This document shows positions 43,453-53,429 of a stretch of 64,000 nt of DNA, one piece after another. A program made the translations under genes and the position numbers. Under the pieces are notes generated by a model. That model searched no databases. It was not told the origin of the DNA and saw nothing but the letters and a program-made list of their open reading frames with translations. How positions within the stretch are numbered: position 1 is the first letter of the stretch; the number at the start of each line of letters is the position of its first letter. The DNA is from an uncultured delta proteobacterium (GTDB lineage: Bacteria > Myxococcota > Kuafuiibacteriia > Kuafuiibacteriales > Kuafuiibacteriaceae): the NCBI GenBank assembly GCA_963803435.1, contig CAWDML010000010.1, positions 64,001-128,000 of the forward strand, given 5' to 3'.

Positions 43453-44439
43453 TCACTTCCGGCGCGTCATTCGATCGACGCTGACGCGCACCAGATCCTC
43501 GAGCACCCGTGGCGGTTGATGGTCAGGTTTTCGCTGGATCTTGGTGCGCAGCCGCCACAACCCGAAGCCCGCCCCGTACGCGAGATCGGCCAGTCCGGCG
43601 TACCCGGCGCCGTAGTTCTTCTCGAAGTAGCGCCGCCTCGACTCGAACCAGTAGCGAGGCAGACGCTTGCGTTTCTGCTGGTGCTCGTCGTCGTGAGAGA
43701 CACCGGTGGCGGCGCCGGCGCGATGGACCACACCCGACTCCGGCAGGTACCAGCAGCTCCAGCCGGCGCGGTGCGCGCGCAGGCAGAAGTCGACCTCCTC
43801 GTAGTAGAGGAAATACGTCTCGTCCATGAGGCCGATCGACTCGACGACCTCTCGGCGGATGATCATGGCTGCGCCTGAGACCCAGTCGGTCTGATGGGTG
43901 TCTGTCCGGATCGGCGGCGCCTCGACCCAGCGCTCCAGCAGCTTGCTGAGGATGCCGAGGCTCATCCCCCGCTCCAGCTCGCCGGCGACTGTGGGGAAGC
44001 GGAACGCCGAGTGTTGTACGACGTTCCCGCCGCTCTCGATCCGGGGTCCGGCGATCCCGGCAGACGGCGTGGCGTCCATGAAGCTGAGCAGCGTGCCGAT
44101 CCCGCCGGGCAGCACCTCGGTGTCGGGGTTGAGGAGGAAGAAGTAATCGGGCGGAGCGTCGCTCTCGAGGGCCGGACGGATCCCGGCGTTGTTGCCGTAC
44201 GCGAAGCCGCCATTCTCGGGTGACGGGATCAGGGAGGCGAACGCGGAGAAGCGCGCCCGGATCGCCGTTCGGATCTTCTCCTCCGAGCCGTCTTCCGAGC
44301 GGTTCTCGACGACCACGGCCTCGAGGGGCTCCGCGAGCTTGGCGCGCTCGCGGTCGATGCTGGCCAGGCACTCGATCGTGAGGTCCGGCGTCCGATAGTT
44401 GACGATGACGATCCGGACGCGCGGTCTGGGACGCGGCAT
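43453..44439 (-). CDS. Glycosyltransferase family 2
   Basis: IVIVNYRT, NGGFAYGNN, LLNPD, FLYYEEVDFC. Confidence 0.9.
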   Translation of the reverse strand: MPRPRPRVRIVIVNYRTPDLTIECLASIDRERAKLAEPLEAVVVENRSEDGSEEKIRTAIRARFSAFASLIPSPENGGFAYGNNAGIRPALESDAPPDYFFLLNPDTEVLPGGIGTLLSFMDATPSAGIAGPRIESGGNVVQHSAFRFPTVAGELERGMSLGILSKLLERWVEAPPIRTDTHQTDWVSGAAMIIRREVVESIGLMDETYFLYYEEVDFCLRAHRAGWSCWYLPESGVVHRAGAATGVSHDDEHQQKRKRLPRYWFESRRRYFEKNYGAGYAGLADLAYGAGFGLWRLRTKIQRKPDHQPPRVLEDLVRVSVDRMTRRK

Positions 44440-44454
44440 GGCGGCGAGGCTAGC

Positions 44455-44877
44455 TCACCGGACCTTTTTTGGGCGATCCTTCTTGCGGTACACGCACCGG
44501 AGCCCCGACCAGGTGTCGTCGATCGCGCACACCTTGTTGTCGACCAGGCCGAGCGCGAGCGCGACGTCGCGGACCACGTCTTCGGTCATGTCGGTCGGCA
44601 CCTTCGAGGCCTTCTTCGGCCATGCCACCCAGAGCCCGCCGTCGGGCTGGAGGCGCGCGGCGATGCCGGCGAAGCGACGCTCCAGCTCGGCCCGACGCTT
44701 GGTGAAGAACACCACGACGTCGAAGCTCGACTTTCCCGCCAGCGAGCGGGCGATCGTGACCGGAGGCAGCGCGCCCAAGGTACCCTCGAACCCGTCCGGG
44801 GCGCCGAGCAACGCCACGCGATGACCCTCCTTGATCCCGAGCTTCTTGGGGAGGGGCGTTTCGGAGTAGCCGGCCAT
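44455..44877 (-). CDS. DUF3052 family protein
   Basis: MAGYSETPLPKKLGIK, LWVAWPKK, LVDNKVCAID. Confidence 0.85.
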   Translation of the reverse strand: MAGYSETPLPKKLGIKEGHRVALLGAPDGFEGTLGALPPVTIARSLAGKSSFDVVVFFTKRRAELERRFAGIAARLQPDGGLWVAWPKKASKVPTDMTEDVVRDVALALGLVDNKVCAIDDTWSGLRCVYRKKDRPKKVR

Positions 44878-46364
44878 CAGACATCCCTCGCGGCCGGCTG
44901 GATCGGCTGTTGATGGGGCTCTCCGTACGGATACGGCGGGTACGGGATGGGCACCGGGAGCGGCGCGGGTGCAGAGGCGGTGCCCTTCACCATCTCGGCG
45001 CTGATCGAGTAGAGCGCGCCGGCCAGGACGTACGGGATGAGCGAGAACGCGCCGTTCGGGATCAGGTCCAACAGGTAGGCCGCCAGCACCAGCGTGAGGC
45101 CGGCGATCATCTGTGCCTCGCGCTTGTTCTTGATCTTCCTGATCCGCTTCCGCATCGCGAAGATCGGTATCAGCATCACCGCGAAATTGCAGATGGCGCC
45201 GATCGCGCCGCGGGAGGAGAGCACGATGATCCACCAACCGTCCGCGATCGTGACCTCCTTGCCCATCTCCTCGTCGTAGACGCGGCCGCGGCCCTCACCG
45301 CCCCAGCCGAAGTAGAAGCGTGTGAACAGCTTGTCGAGCAGGAGCTCCTCGTTCTCGAACCGGAACGCCATCGACTGGGCTCGCTCCTCGCCGAGGAGGC
45401 TCTTCGAGTAGGCGACGAACTCCTCCGCCGGAAAGACGCGGGTCGCCCGGAGCGTGGGATAGACCGTCACGAAGACAGCCACCAGCAGCGCCATGCGCAC
45501 CATGTTCTTCGGCTTGAAGCGGGAGACGGCGGGGAGGAACAGCACCGCATAGAAGATCGAACCGGTGCTCTTGCAGGCGATCAGGATGATGAAGAGGAAC
45601 CAGGAGACAGCCCGGGCGCTCAGCTTGAACGGCGTCACCTTCTGCTTGAGACGGCCGAGTATCGAGGCGCACATGCAGGCGGCGCACATGAACATTGCGA
45701 CGGCCAGGCCGTGCGCCATGAACACCATGGGACGAAATCCGCCCCACCGGATCGTCTGCGCGAAGTCGCTGTGCTGCGGATATCCGTAGATCCAGGTGTG
45801 GAGCTGCGGCGAGAGGCGGATCTCGACCAGGCAAAAGAACGCGTAGACGAGGCCCATGGTGGCCATGACGCGGAAGATGTTCTCGAGGTCCTTGGTGGTC
45901 TTGAACACCATGCGCCCGATGAAGAAGGGCAGGCCGAAGCCGACAACGTCGCGGATCGCCAGCGACAGCGCGTCGTACATGGTGAGGCCGCGGATGTGAA
46001 TCGTCTTCCAGCTCCCGTAGGACAGCCAGTCCTTGTTGGTGGAGGCGGTGCCGATGGCGGCCAGCATCGAGATCAGGAGGAAGAGGTCGAGCCCTCGCAA
46101 CGGCCTCGCCTGCCGGATCCGCTTCCGGTACCTCCACAGGAAGTAGACCAGCACCACCAGCAGGACGGCCTGCTCCTTGTTGATGGGAGGCACGCCCGGA
46201 AGATCGAACTCGATCAGCTCGGGGAGGAAGATCATCGCGAACGCGAAGCAGAAGAAGACCGCGCGCTCGATGTTCCTTCGCTGCTTGAGGAGAATGACGA
46301 ACGTGATGATCGGCCAGACGATCATCGCGAGCTGGGCCGTGACCGAGAAGTTGATGGTGAACAC
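44877..46364 (-). CDS. O-antigen polymerase/ligase-like multipass membrane protein
   Basis: About 11 TM segments; EIRLSPQLH, RPMVFMAHGL, RAQSMAFRF, FGWGG. Confidence 0.7.
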   Translation of the reverse strand: MFTINFSVTAQLAMIVWPIITFVILLKQRRNIERAVFFCFAFAMIFLPELIEFDLPGVPPINKEQAVLLVVLVYFLWRYRKRIRQARPLRGLDLFLLISMLAAIGTASTNKDWLSYGSWKTIHIRGLTMYDALSLAIRDVVGFGLPFFIGRMVFKTTKDLENIFRVMATMGLVYAFFCLVEIRLSPQLHTWIYGYPQHSDFAQTIRWGGFRPMVFMAHGLAVAMFMCAACMCASILGRLKQKVTPFKLSARAVSWFLFIILIACKSTGSIFYAVLFLPAVSRFKPKNMVRMALLVAVFVTVYPTLRATRVFPAEEFVAYSKSLLGEERAQSMAFRFENEELLLDKLFTRFYFGWGGEGRGRVYDEEMGKEVTIADGWWIIVLSSRGAIGAICNFAVMLIPIFAMRKRIRKIKNKREAQMIAGLTLVLAAYLLDLIPNGAFSLIPYVLAGALYSISAEMVKGTASAPAPLPVPIPYPPYPYGEPHQQPIQPAARDV

Positions 46365-46388
46365 GGCTCAGCCCCGGTGCTCGTTGTA

Positions 46389-47699
46389 TCAGAGCAGGCC
46401 GCCCGCCTTCACCTCCAGGTACCGGGATACGAGCGAGCCGGTGAGCTGGCTGTGCAGGACGTCCAGGACGAGGATCCCCGCGCGCTGCATCTCCCGATGA
46501 ATGCGATCCCGCCACAGGAGCATCTCCGCAGCCGCTGCCTGGATGCAGAGCTCCTCGCCGGTTCGGCCCGGAACCGCGGCGCGGGCCTCCAGCTCCCGGT
46601 CCTTGAGGAGGACGACCAGCGGGAGGTGCTGCGGCAAAAGATCCCGAGCCAACCGCTGTATTCGGCGGGAGGTCTGCTCGTCGATCGCGTGGGAGATGAA
46701 CACCACCAGCGTCCGCTTCCGGACCTGGAGCTTCAGCGTCCGGAACGCCTGCTCGTAGTCCGACTCCACCATTCGAGGGAAGAGATCGTACGTGCTCTGG
46801 ATGATCTGATTCGACGCGGACGCTCCGCCGCGGGGCTTGATCAGCCGCGACACCTTCTCGTCGAACGCGATCAGCCCGACCTGATCACCGCGTCGGATCG
46901 CGACGTGGGAGAGCATCAAGGTGGCGTTGAGCGCGTAGTCGAGCGCAGTGAGCTCGTCCCAGGTGGCCGTCATCATGCGCCCGCAGTCGAGCATGAAGAC
47001 GATGTTCTGGTTCTTCTCCAGCTGGAACTCGCGAACCGTCAGCTTGCGTCGCCGAGCGGTCGAGCGCCAATCGATGCGCCGGAACTCGTCGTCGGGGAGG
47101 AAGTCGCGCAATCGCTCGAACTCGGTGTCGCCTCCGCGCATCTTGGTGGCGCGCGAGCTCATGATGTCGCGATTCTGGCGCGCCAGCATCTCGTAGTGAC
47201 GGACGGCCTGGACGTCCGGGAAGACGCGCAGCTTGGTCTCGGCGGGGATCCGGACCTGGCGTGTCCAGAAGCCTGCAGGGGAGGCGTAGCGGACGTAGTG
47301 ATCGCCGACCACCTGCGCGCCGCGCTCCATCGAGCGGAGACGATAGGTGGCGCGGCGGACCACGCCGGCGCCGACCTCGACCTCGACCGGCATGCCCTCG
47401 GTCTCGGCGTGCTCGAAGACGGCATCGTTGATGGAAAACTTCACACGCCGGCGGAGCAGGTTCTTGACCTCGAGCGTGACGTTGACCGTGCGCGCCAGCG
47501 ATACGGTGGTCGGCATCAGCCGGTTCACCTCGACGCCGTCCTTCCGGACCAGCAGGAGGTCCGTCACCGCGAGGACCAGGATGACCGCGTTGGTGAGGAG
47601 CAGCGGGAGGACCGTCGCAGGCTCGGCGATCGCCACCAGCGAGAGCGCCAGCGGTGCGATCAGCGCGAGCAAGAGCGACCGGCCCGGGATCAGCTTCAT
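46389..47699 (-). CDS. DUF58 (vWA-like) protein
   Basis: EFERLRDF..DEFRRIDWRSTAR, LDCGRMM. Confidence 0.9.
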   Translation of the reverse strand: MKLIPGRSLLLALIAPLALSLVAIAEPATVLPLLLTNAVILVLAVTDLLLVRKDGVEVNRLMPTTVSLARTVNVTLEVKNLLRRRVKFSINDAVFEHAETEGMPVEVEVGAGVVRRATYRLRSMERGAQVVGDHYVRYASPAGFWTRQVRIPAETKLRVFPDVQAVRHYEMLARQNRDIMSSRATKMRGGDTEFERLRDFLPDDEFRRIDWRSTARRRKLTVREFQLEKNQNIVFMLDCGRMMTATWDELTALDYALNATLMLSHVAIRRGDQVGLIAFDEKVSRLIKPRGGASASNQIIQSTYDLFPRMVESDYEQAFRTLKLQVRKRTLVVFISHAIDEQTSRRIQRLARDLLPQHLPLVVLLKDRELEARAAVPGRTGEELCIQAAAAEMLLWRDRIHREMQRAGILVLDVLHSQLTGSLVSRYLEVKAGGLL

Positions 47700-47706
47700 C
47701 GGAACC

Positions 47707-49014
47707 TCAACGCTTGTTGCCGTACGACGGCGGGATCGTGTCCGGATCCACGCCGGCCGGGCGCGCGGGGGCCGACCCGTGCGGCGCGTTGGCCGGCCGG
47801 GCGGGCGCCGAGGGGGCCGGCTTGTCGGACTCGAGCAGGGTCACGTCGTCCGGCACCTCCCAGGCCGCGGGCTTGCGCGGCTTCGACAGCACCGACTGGG
47901 GCCCCACGGGTCGCGCCGGGATCGGGGATGCCGCCGGCATGGCGCTGGCGCGCGCGAAGCGATCGTCGTGGGGTGTGCGCTGCCCCAGTCGATCGACCCG
48001 GTGGGTCTCGACGTGGTGCTGATCGGTCTGCCCGCCGCGCGCCCGCTGGCCTTCACCCATGCCGGGGACCGGCGTCTCGTGGAGGACCCCTTCGATGACC
48101 TCGTCCGTGGTCACGCCCTCGATCTCGGCGTCGGGCTGCAGGATCAACCGATGCCGGAGCACCGCGCGGCCGTGCGTCTTGACGTCGTCCGGCACGACGA
48201 ACCCGCGCCCCTGCACGGCCGCCTCCACCCGCGCCACGTGGAGCAGGGCGATGGCGGCGCGCGGCGAGGCGCCGATCTGCACGGCGCGGTGCTTCCGGGT
48301 GTTCGCCACCAGCTCCGCGATGTACGCGATGATCTTCTCGTCGATGGTCACGGTCTTGATCGCCTGCTGCATTTGCAACATCACCTGCGGATCGACCACC
48401 TGCTGGAGGTTGGCGGCCTCGAGGTCGGAGGCGTCGAAGCCGTCGCGGACGTTGCGGAGCAGCTGCTTCTCCACCTCGACCGACGGGTGATCGATCAGGA
48501 CCTTGAAGAGGAAGCGGTCGAGCTGGGCCTCGGGGAGCGCGTAGGTGCCGGCGCTCTCCAGCGGGTTCTGGGTCGCCAGGACGAAGAACGGGTCCGGCAG
48601 CGGGTGGGTGGTGCCGTCGACGGTGACCGACCGCTCCGACATGGCCTCGAGCATCGCCGACTGCGTCTTCGCCGGGGCGCGGTTCACCTCGTCGGCCAGC
48701 ATGATGTGTGTGAACACCGGGCCGTGCTTGAACTCGAAGGCGCCCTTGTGGCTGTTGTACATCGTCGAGCCGGTGACGTCCGAGGGCATCAGGTCGGGCG
48801 TGAACTGGATCCGCCGGAAGTGGCAGCCGAGCACCCGGCCCAGAGTGCGCACCAGCAACGTCTTGCCGACGCCGGGGACGCCTTCGATCAGCACGTGACC
48901 CCGGGCGAGAATGGCGACCAGCACCGAGTTGAGCACGTCGTTCTGTCCGACGAACACGCGCCCGATCTCGGACTCGGTACGCTCGAAGTGTTGGCTGACT
49001 TCTGTGAGGTCCAT
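47707..49014 (-). CDS. MoxR family AAA+ ATPase with Pro-rich C-terminal tail
   Basis: EGVPGVGKT, RIQFTPDLMPSD, ADEVNRAPAKTQ, LPEAQLDRF. Confidence 0.95.
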   Translation of the reverse strand: MDLTEVSQHFERTESEIGRVFVGQNDVLNSVLVAILARGHVLIEGVPGVGKTLLVRTLGRVLGCHFRRIQFTPDLMPSDVTGSTMYNSHKGAFEFKHGPVFTHIMLADEVNRAPAKTQSAMLEAMSERSVTVDGTTHPLPDPFFVLATQNPLESAGTYALPEAQLDRFLFKVLIDHPSVEVEKQLLRNVRDGFDASDLEAANLQQVVDPQVMLQMQQAIKTVTIDEKIIAYIAELVANTRKHRAVQIGASPRAAIALLHVARVEAAVQGRGFVVPDDVKTHGRAVLRHRLILQPDAEIEGVTTDEVIEGVLHETPVPGMGEGQRARGGQTDQHHVETHRVDRLGQRTPHDDRFARASAMPAASPIPARPVGPQSVLSKPRKPAAWEVPDDVTLLESDKPAPSAPARPANAPHGSAPARPAGVDPDTIPPSYGNKR

Positions 49015-49023
49015 CTGACTCCT

Positions 49024-51591
49024 CTACCGCTTCCTGCCGATGCGAAAGCGCCGTGGCTTCGGCTTGTCGGTCACGTCCTTGCTGCGCACGCCCAGGAGCC
49101 GCGACAGCGTCTTCAACATTCTCTCGCTGGAGGGGAGCGGATCGTCGATCCGCGGCGTGCCGAGCTCGGTCACGCCCTCAATCCCGAGGCGCAGGGCCGC
49201 CCGCACGTCGTCCTCCGGCAGGCTGTGGGTCTCCGCCATCTGCCGGGCCAGCGCCGTCCAGCCGCCCGACGCTCCGCCCCGCACTCGGTCTCGATGGCGC
49301 ATCACCACCAGCTTGGACAGCGACTGTGCGGCGTGGGTCAAGCCGGCCTGACCGGTCCGCGCGTACTGGCGGCCGATGGCCTCCACGTGCTCGACGAACG
49401 CCTTGTGCTCCCGCCGCACCGGATCGCGCAGCGGACCGAAGGCGGCGCCGATCAAGAGGAACAGCAGCACCAGCGTCCCGAGAGACTGCAGCACGAAAGG
49501 GAGCATGTTGGAGGCCTTCATGGCACGGGCCGGGGACGCGTCGTTCGGTCCGCCGCCCCCATCGCCCGACTCGTCGCTGGTCGAGCCATCGAGTCGGTCG
49601 AGGATGGCGATCTTCTGCCCGGTCGGCGTGATCGAGGCGAAGAGGGCGGCCACGAAGCGGGCGTTGGTGCTCCGCGTGAGCGAAGCGTTGGTGAAGAGAT
49701 CGCGATCCGAGAAGACGTACATGCAGCCTGAGAGCGTGGCGAGGCCCTCGATCCGATCCGCAGCGTAGGCGACACCGGCGGTGCGGCCGCCGACCTCCGG
49801 ATCATCGGCGTAGAGGATCAGCGGGTGCATGCGGAGCTGGTGGCTCGAGACGGTGGCCGTCTGGCTGACGCCGTCCCAGAGGATGCGCCGGCCCTTGGGA
49901 AGAACAGGAGCCGCCTCGCCCAGGTACTCGTCTCGGATCGCCGCCACCCGCCAGCTGCAGAAGGCCTCGGGGCCGGGCCGATTGACCTCGAGCGCCACGG
50001 GGCTCGGGTCGTCCTGGTCGACGGTGTCGGTGGTGGGGAGGAAGAAGGACGAGCGCGCGCAATCGTCGATCACCACGACGTTGATGTTGCGATCGAGCAG
50101 CGCGTCCAGCCTCAGGTCCTTCGGCCAGCCGCTCTTCGAGGCGGCCGACGTCCGGAACACGACCACGCCGACGCCCGGTTCGACGTCGGCGAAGCGCTCG
50201 TGGCCGATCGTGACCTCCAGCCCCGACTCGCGGAGGATCGCGGGGAGGGCGGCCAGTCCGATGGGCCCGTGGGAGTAGAAGGCCGGGATCATCGCCTCGT
50301 CCTCATCCGCTCCGGACGGGCAAGCCTGCAGCCCGGGCACCATGAGCGCGAGCAGGATCAGGATCGCCGCGCCGGTGCCGGGGGCCGTGTCGGGGGCAAC
50401 CTTGCGGAGCAGCGTGCGTGCCTCGCCAATCAGGCGGCCGACCACACCGACGTCGACGTGACCGTCGCCGAAGCGCGCGCGCTCGGTCTCGGTGGCCACG
50501 CCGCGGAACAGGTCGCGCAGCTCGGGGAGCTTCCGGATGGCGCGCAGATAGTCACCGTTCGTCTTGGACGCGTGGTAGCGGGCGAGCCCCTCGTCGTCGA
50601 GATAGCGGAGCACGGCCAGGTGCAAGAGGATGGCGGCCTCCTCCCCGTCTCCCCGCTGGAGCGCGCGCTCGGCCAGCTTGACCAGCACGTTCGAGCGCGC
50701 GTCGGGGAGCGCCTGGAGGTTGCGCGCCGCCTCGCTGAGCGCGTCGACGTCGAGCTCGACCTCCTCGCCCTCCCAGCCGGCGCTCATCATCGACTTGACG
50801 AAGGCGAAGATCAGCACGCCGGCGACCACCACCAGGAGCACGATGCCGAACTCGCTCGGGATCGAGATCAGGACGGGGCGCCGCATCACCCGGCGTGCGT
50901 TGCCGCTGCCGCTCCCCTTGCCGTTGCCCTTGCCGCTGCCGTTGCCCTTGCCGCTCCCGCCGCCGCCACCGCCACCGGAGTCCGTGGACTGGTACGGCTT
51001 CCAGCGCTTGCAGGTCTCGCGGGCCTTCGGGCAGACGTCGTCGCTGCTCTCGTCGAAGATCACGCAGAAGTCGGTACCGGCGGTACCGTTCTCACCAAAC
51101 GAAGGATCGTGACAGAACGCGTAGGCGTTCTTGTCGAACTCGGCCTTCCGGGCGGTGACGGCTCGGTCGGTGGCGATCGCGCCCGCCTCGGGGAGCGCTG
51201 CCGGTGGGAGCTCGTCCGGCGGTGGATCGGTCGCCAGCGCGAAGCTCATCCGGTACGTCCCGAGCGTGATCGTGTCGCGCGTGTCGAAGATCGTCTCGCC
51301 CTGCACCGGCGCCCCGTTGACCAGCACGGTGGCCTCGAACATCGGGCGCACCAGGAACTCGCCGTCCTGGAGCTCGAAGTACGCGTGGAGCGGCGCCAGC
51401 CCTTCCAGCACCAGATAGGCGTCGCGGCTGCTCCCGGCGACGAAGCTGTGCGCCTCGGGCCACTTCGCGGTGACGAAGTTGCCCTCCTGGTCGAAGACCA
51501 TGAAGCCCCAGACGCCGTCCTCCTGGGCAGAGGCGTCGAAGGCGAAGGCCGCGAGCCCGGCCGCGACCACGGTGGCGAGGAGCGGACGCAT
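49024..51591 (-). CDS. FHA-like + DUF4129-like + DUF4350-like fusion membrane protein
   Basis: Signal peptide; HA..E...VLVNG...DTITLG (FHA fold); KTNGDYLR...RFG; DLFTNASL; FVEHVEAIGRQY. Confidence 0.65.
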   Translation of the reverse strand: MRPLLATVVAAGLAAFAFDASAQEDGVWGFMVFDQEGNFVTAKWPEAHSFVAGSSRDAYLVLEGLAPLHAYFELQDGEFLVRPMFEATVLVNGAPVQGETIFDTRDTITLGTYRMSFALATDPPPDELPPAALPEAGAIATDRAVTARKAEFDKNAYAFCHDPSFGENGTAGTDFCVIFDESSDDVCPKARETCKRWKPYQSTDSGGGGGGGSGKGNGSGKGNGKGSGSGNARRVMRRPVLISIPSEFGIVLLVVVAGVLIFAFVKSMMSAGWEGEEVELDVDALSEAARNLQALPDARSNVLVKLAERALQRGDGEEAAILLHLAVLRYLDDEGLARYHASKTNGDYLRAIRKLPELRDLFRGVATETERARFGDGHVDVGVVGRLIGEARTLLRKVAPDTAPGTGAAILILLALMVPGLQACPSGADEDEAMIPAFYSHGPIGLAALPAILRESGLEVTIGHERFADVEPGVGVVVFRTSAASKSGWPKDLRLDALLDRNINVVVIDDCARSSFFLPTTDTVDQDDPSPVALEVNRPGPEAFCSWRVAAIRDEYLGEAAPVLPKGRRILWDGVSQTATVSSHQLRMHPLILYADDPEVGGRTAGVAYAADRIEGLATLSGCMYVFSDRDLFTNASLTRSTNARFVAALFASITPTGQKIAILDRLDGSTSDESGDGGGGPNDASPARAMKASNMLPFVLQSLGTLVLLFLLIGAAFGPLRDPVRREHKAFVEHVEAIGRQYARTGQAGLTHAAQSLSKLVVMRHRDRVRGGASGGWTALARQMAETHSLPEDDVRAALRLGIEGVTELGTPRIDDPLPSSERMLKTLSRLLGVRSKDVTDKPKPRRFRIGRKR

Positions 51592-51594
51592 GCG

Positions 51595-52425
51595 TCAGGC
51601 CGCCAGGCGGTTGGCCCGCTCCTCCCGGGCGCGCTGCGCGATCGCGTTGAAGCGGACCTGGATGTCCCAGCCTTCGCGCCGCGTGCGCGCGTCCACGTAG
51701 TCGAACAGGCGCGCCATCGCGACGTACGGACCCGCCAGGATATAGCCGCCGATCCCCGCCCAGTAGCCCACCGAGTCGGGCGTGCCCTGGAACTGGAGCA
51801 CGCCCGAGATCAGGAAGCTGGTCCCGAACATCACGCTGACCACGAACAGCGCGCGCACCAGCGACTGCGCGATGAGGAGGCCGAGCGCGCGACCGAAGCG
51901 ATACGTGACCAGGATCCGCGCGCGATGGAGGGCGCGTCCGGCGGGCAGCTGCTCCAGGAAGGCGGCCTCTCCGAGATACACGTGCGAGGCGAGGATGAAG
52001 GGCCAGAACGTGAGACAGAGGACGCCCAGCACCAGCAGCCCGGTCTCCTTCACGTCGACCAGCACGATCGTGAAGGGGAGCGTAGAGACGAGCGACCAGA
52101 TCAACACCAGCGGCATCCGCTTGAGGACGATCTTGAGCGCGCCGCGCTTGGTGGCTGGGTTCTGGAAGAGATGGCGGCCGGCGTACACGGTGACCACGCG
52201 CTCCATGATGGGCACGACGATCAGCGTGACGGCGCAGCGCTGTCCCCAGTCGAGGTCGAGCGCGTACGCGGTGCCCACCACCATGAGGGCGGCGACGGAG
52301 GAGAGCAGGAGGAACAGCGGGAGGAAGTCGCGGGCCGAGGTCCGGAGATAGGCGAGGGCGAGATTGAGCGTCTCGTCCAGCGTGCGGGGGCGCAGCGTCA
52401 CGCGGGGTTCGAAGGACGTGCTCAC
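51595..52425 (-). CDS. Conserved membrane protein of the RDD/MoxR operon
   Basis: LRPRTLDETLNLA at the start, YVDARTRREGWDI at the end. Confidence 0.75.
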   Translation of the reverse strand: MSTSFEPRVTLRPRTLDETLNLALAYLRTSARDFLPLFLLLSSVAALMVVGTAYALDLDWGQRCAVTLIVVPIMERVVTVYAGRHLFQNPATKRGALKIVLKRMPLVLIWSLVSTLPFTIVLVDVKETGLLVLGVLCLTFWPFILASHVYLGEAAFLEQLPAGRALHRARILVTYRFGRALGLLIAQSLVRALFVVSVMFGTSFLISGVLQFQGTPDSVGYWAGIGGYILAGPYVAMARLFDYVDARTRREGWDIQVRFNAIAQRAREERANRLAA

Positions 52426-53429
52426 GCGCGACCTCCCGACAGCTCGCGAACGTCCGGCGGGATCGGACGGGCGCGTCCGACGAAGGCGATGATGGAGAAG
52501 ACGGCGATCCAGCCGACGATTCCGGTCACGTACTTCACCTCGTTGGGGAGCCCGGACGGCGAGTACCAGGCCTCGAGCATCGCCGCGATGCTGAGGAACG
52601 CGGCGGCGCCGGCCACCTGCCGGAGCAGCTCGAGCCCGTGCGCCTGCAGGTTGCCCAGGCGCGTGCGGCCGCGGGTGGAGATCAGCGAGAAGCCCATCTG
52701 GAGCCCGGCGGCGCCCGCGATCACGATCGCGGTCAGCTCCCACGGGCTGTGCGAGCTGACGAAGGAGAAGATGTTGGCGCCGAAGCCGGTGCGGGCCAGG
52801 TGCCCGAGGACGACGCCGATCGTGATGCCGTTGAAGAGGAGGTAGAAGATCGGGCCGAGCCCGAACAGGATCCCGGTGGCGAAGCAGGTGAACGCGATGC
52901 CGACGTTGTGCTGGACGTAGAAGCCGGTCATCTGCGCGTTGCTGTCGCTGTCGCGTCCCTTGCCCTCGTGGCTCTCGCCGTGCATCTGCTCCATTCCCTT
53001 GAGCTGGTCGGGGCTGAGCACCGCGAGCGCGTACGTCTCGTCCAGGTAGGCGGCCGTCCCGGCGATCGCGCCCGGTCCGAAGAACAGCGCGAAGGCGAGG
53101 AGGAAGAAGCGGAGGTTGCGGCGGAGGGCGGGCGCGAAGTCGAGGAGCAGCGTGTAGATCTTGAACTGCGTCCCGACGGACGTTCCGGCGTAGAGCGCGT
53201 TGTGGGCGCGCGACGCCAGGCTGTCGAGGTGACGCTCGAGATCGGCGCCCAGCTTGTCGCGCCGGACCAGCATCAGATCCCCGGCGAGCGCCCGGTAGAT
53301 CTCGGCCAGCTCCGCGATCCCGTCCGGACCCAGCCGCGCCGCGCCCTGACTGCGCTCGGCTGTCTGGAGGAGCTCCTGCAGGCGATCCCACCGCTTCTTG
53401 CGGCTCTTCACCAGCTCGTCGCGGGTCAC
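52422..53429 (-). CDS. SpoIIM/DUF95 family membrane protein
   Basis: HNVGIAFTCFATG, NGITIG, HSPWELTAI. Confidence 0.85.
   Translation of the reverse strand: MTRDELVKSRKKRWDRLQELLQTAERSQGAARLGPDGIAELAEIYRALAGDLMLVRRDKLGADLERHLDSLASRAHNALYAGTSVGTQFKIYTLLLDFAPALRRNLRFFLLAFALFFGPGAIAGTAAYLDETYALAVLSPDQLKGMEQMHGESHEGKGRDSDSNAQMTGFYVQHNVGIAFTCFATGILFGLGPIFYLLFNGITIGVVLGHLARTGFGANIFSFVSSHSPWELTAIVIAGAAGLQMGFSLISTRGRTRLGNLQAHGLELLRQVAGAAAFLSIAAMLEAWYSPSGLPNEVKYVTGIVGWIAVFSIIAFVGRARPIPPDVRELSGGRA

Noticed and set aside
44910-52845. Very long plus-strand ORFs (1062, 794 and 1006 aa)
   Set aside because: Antisense shadows of well-supported minus-strand genes, expected in high-GC DNA
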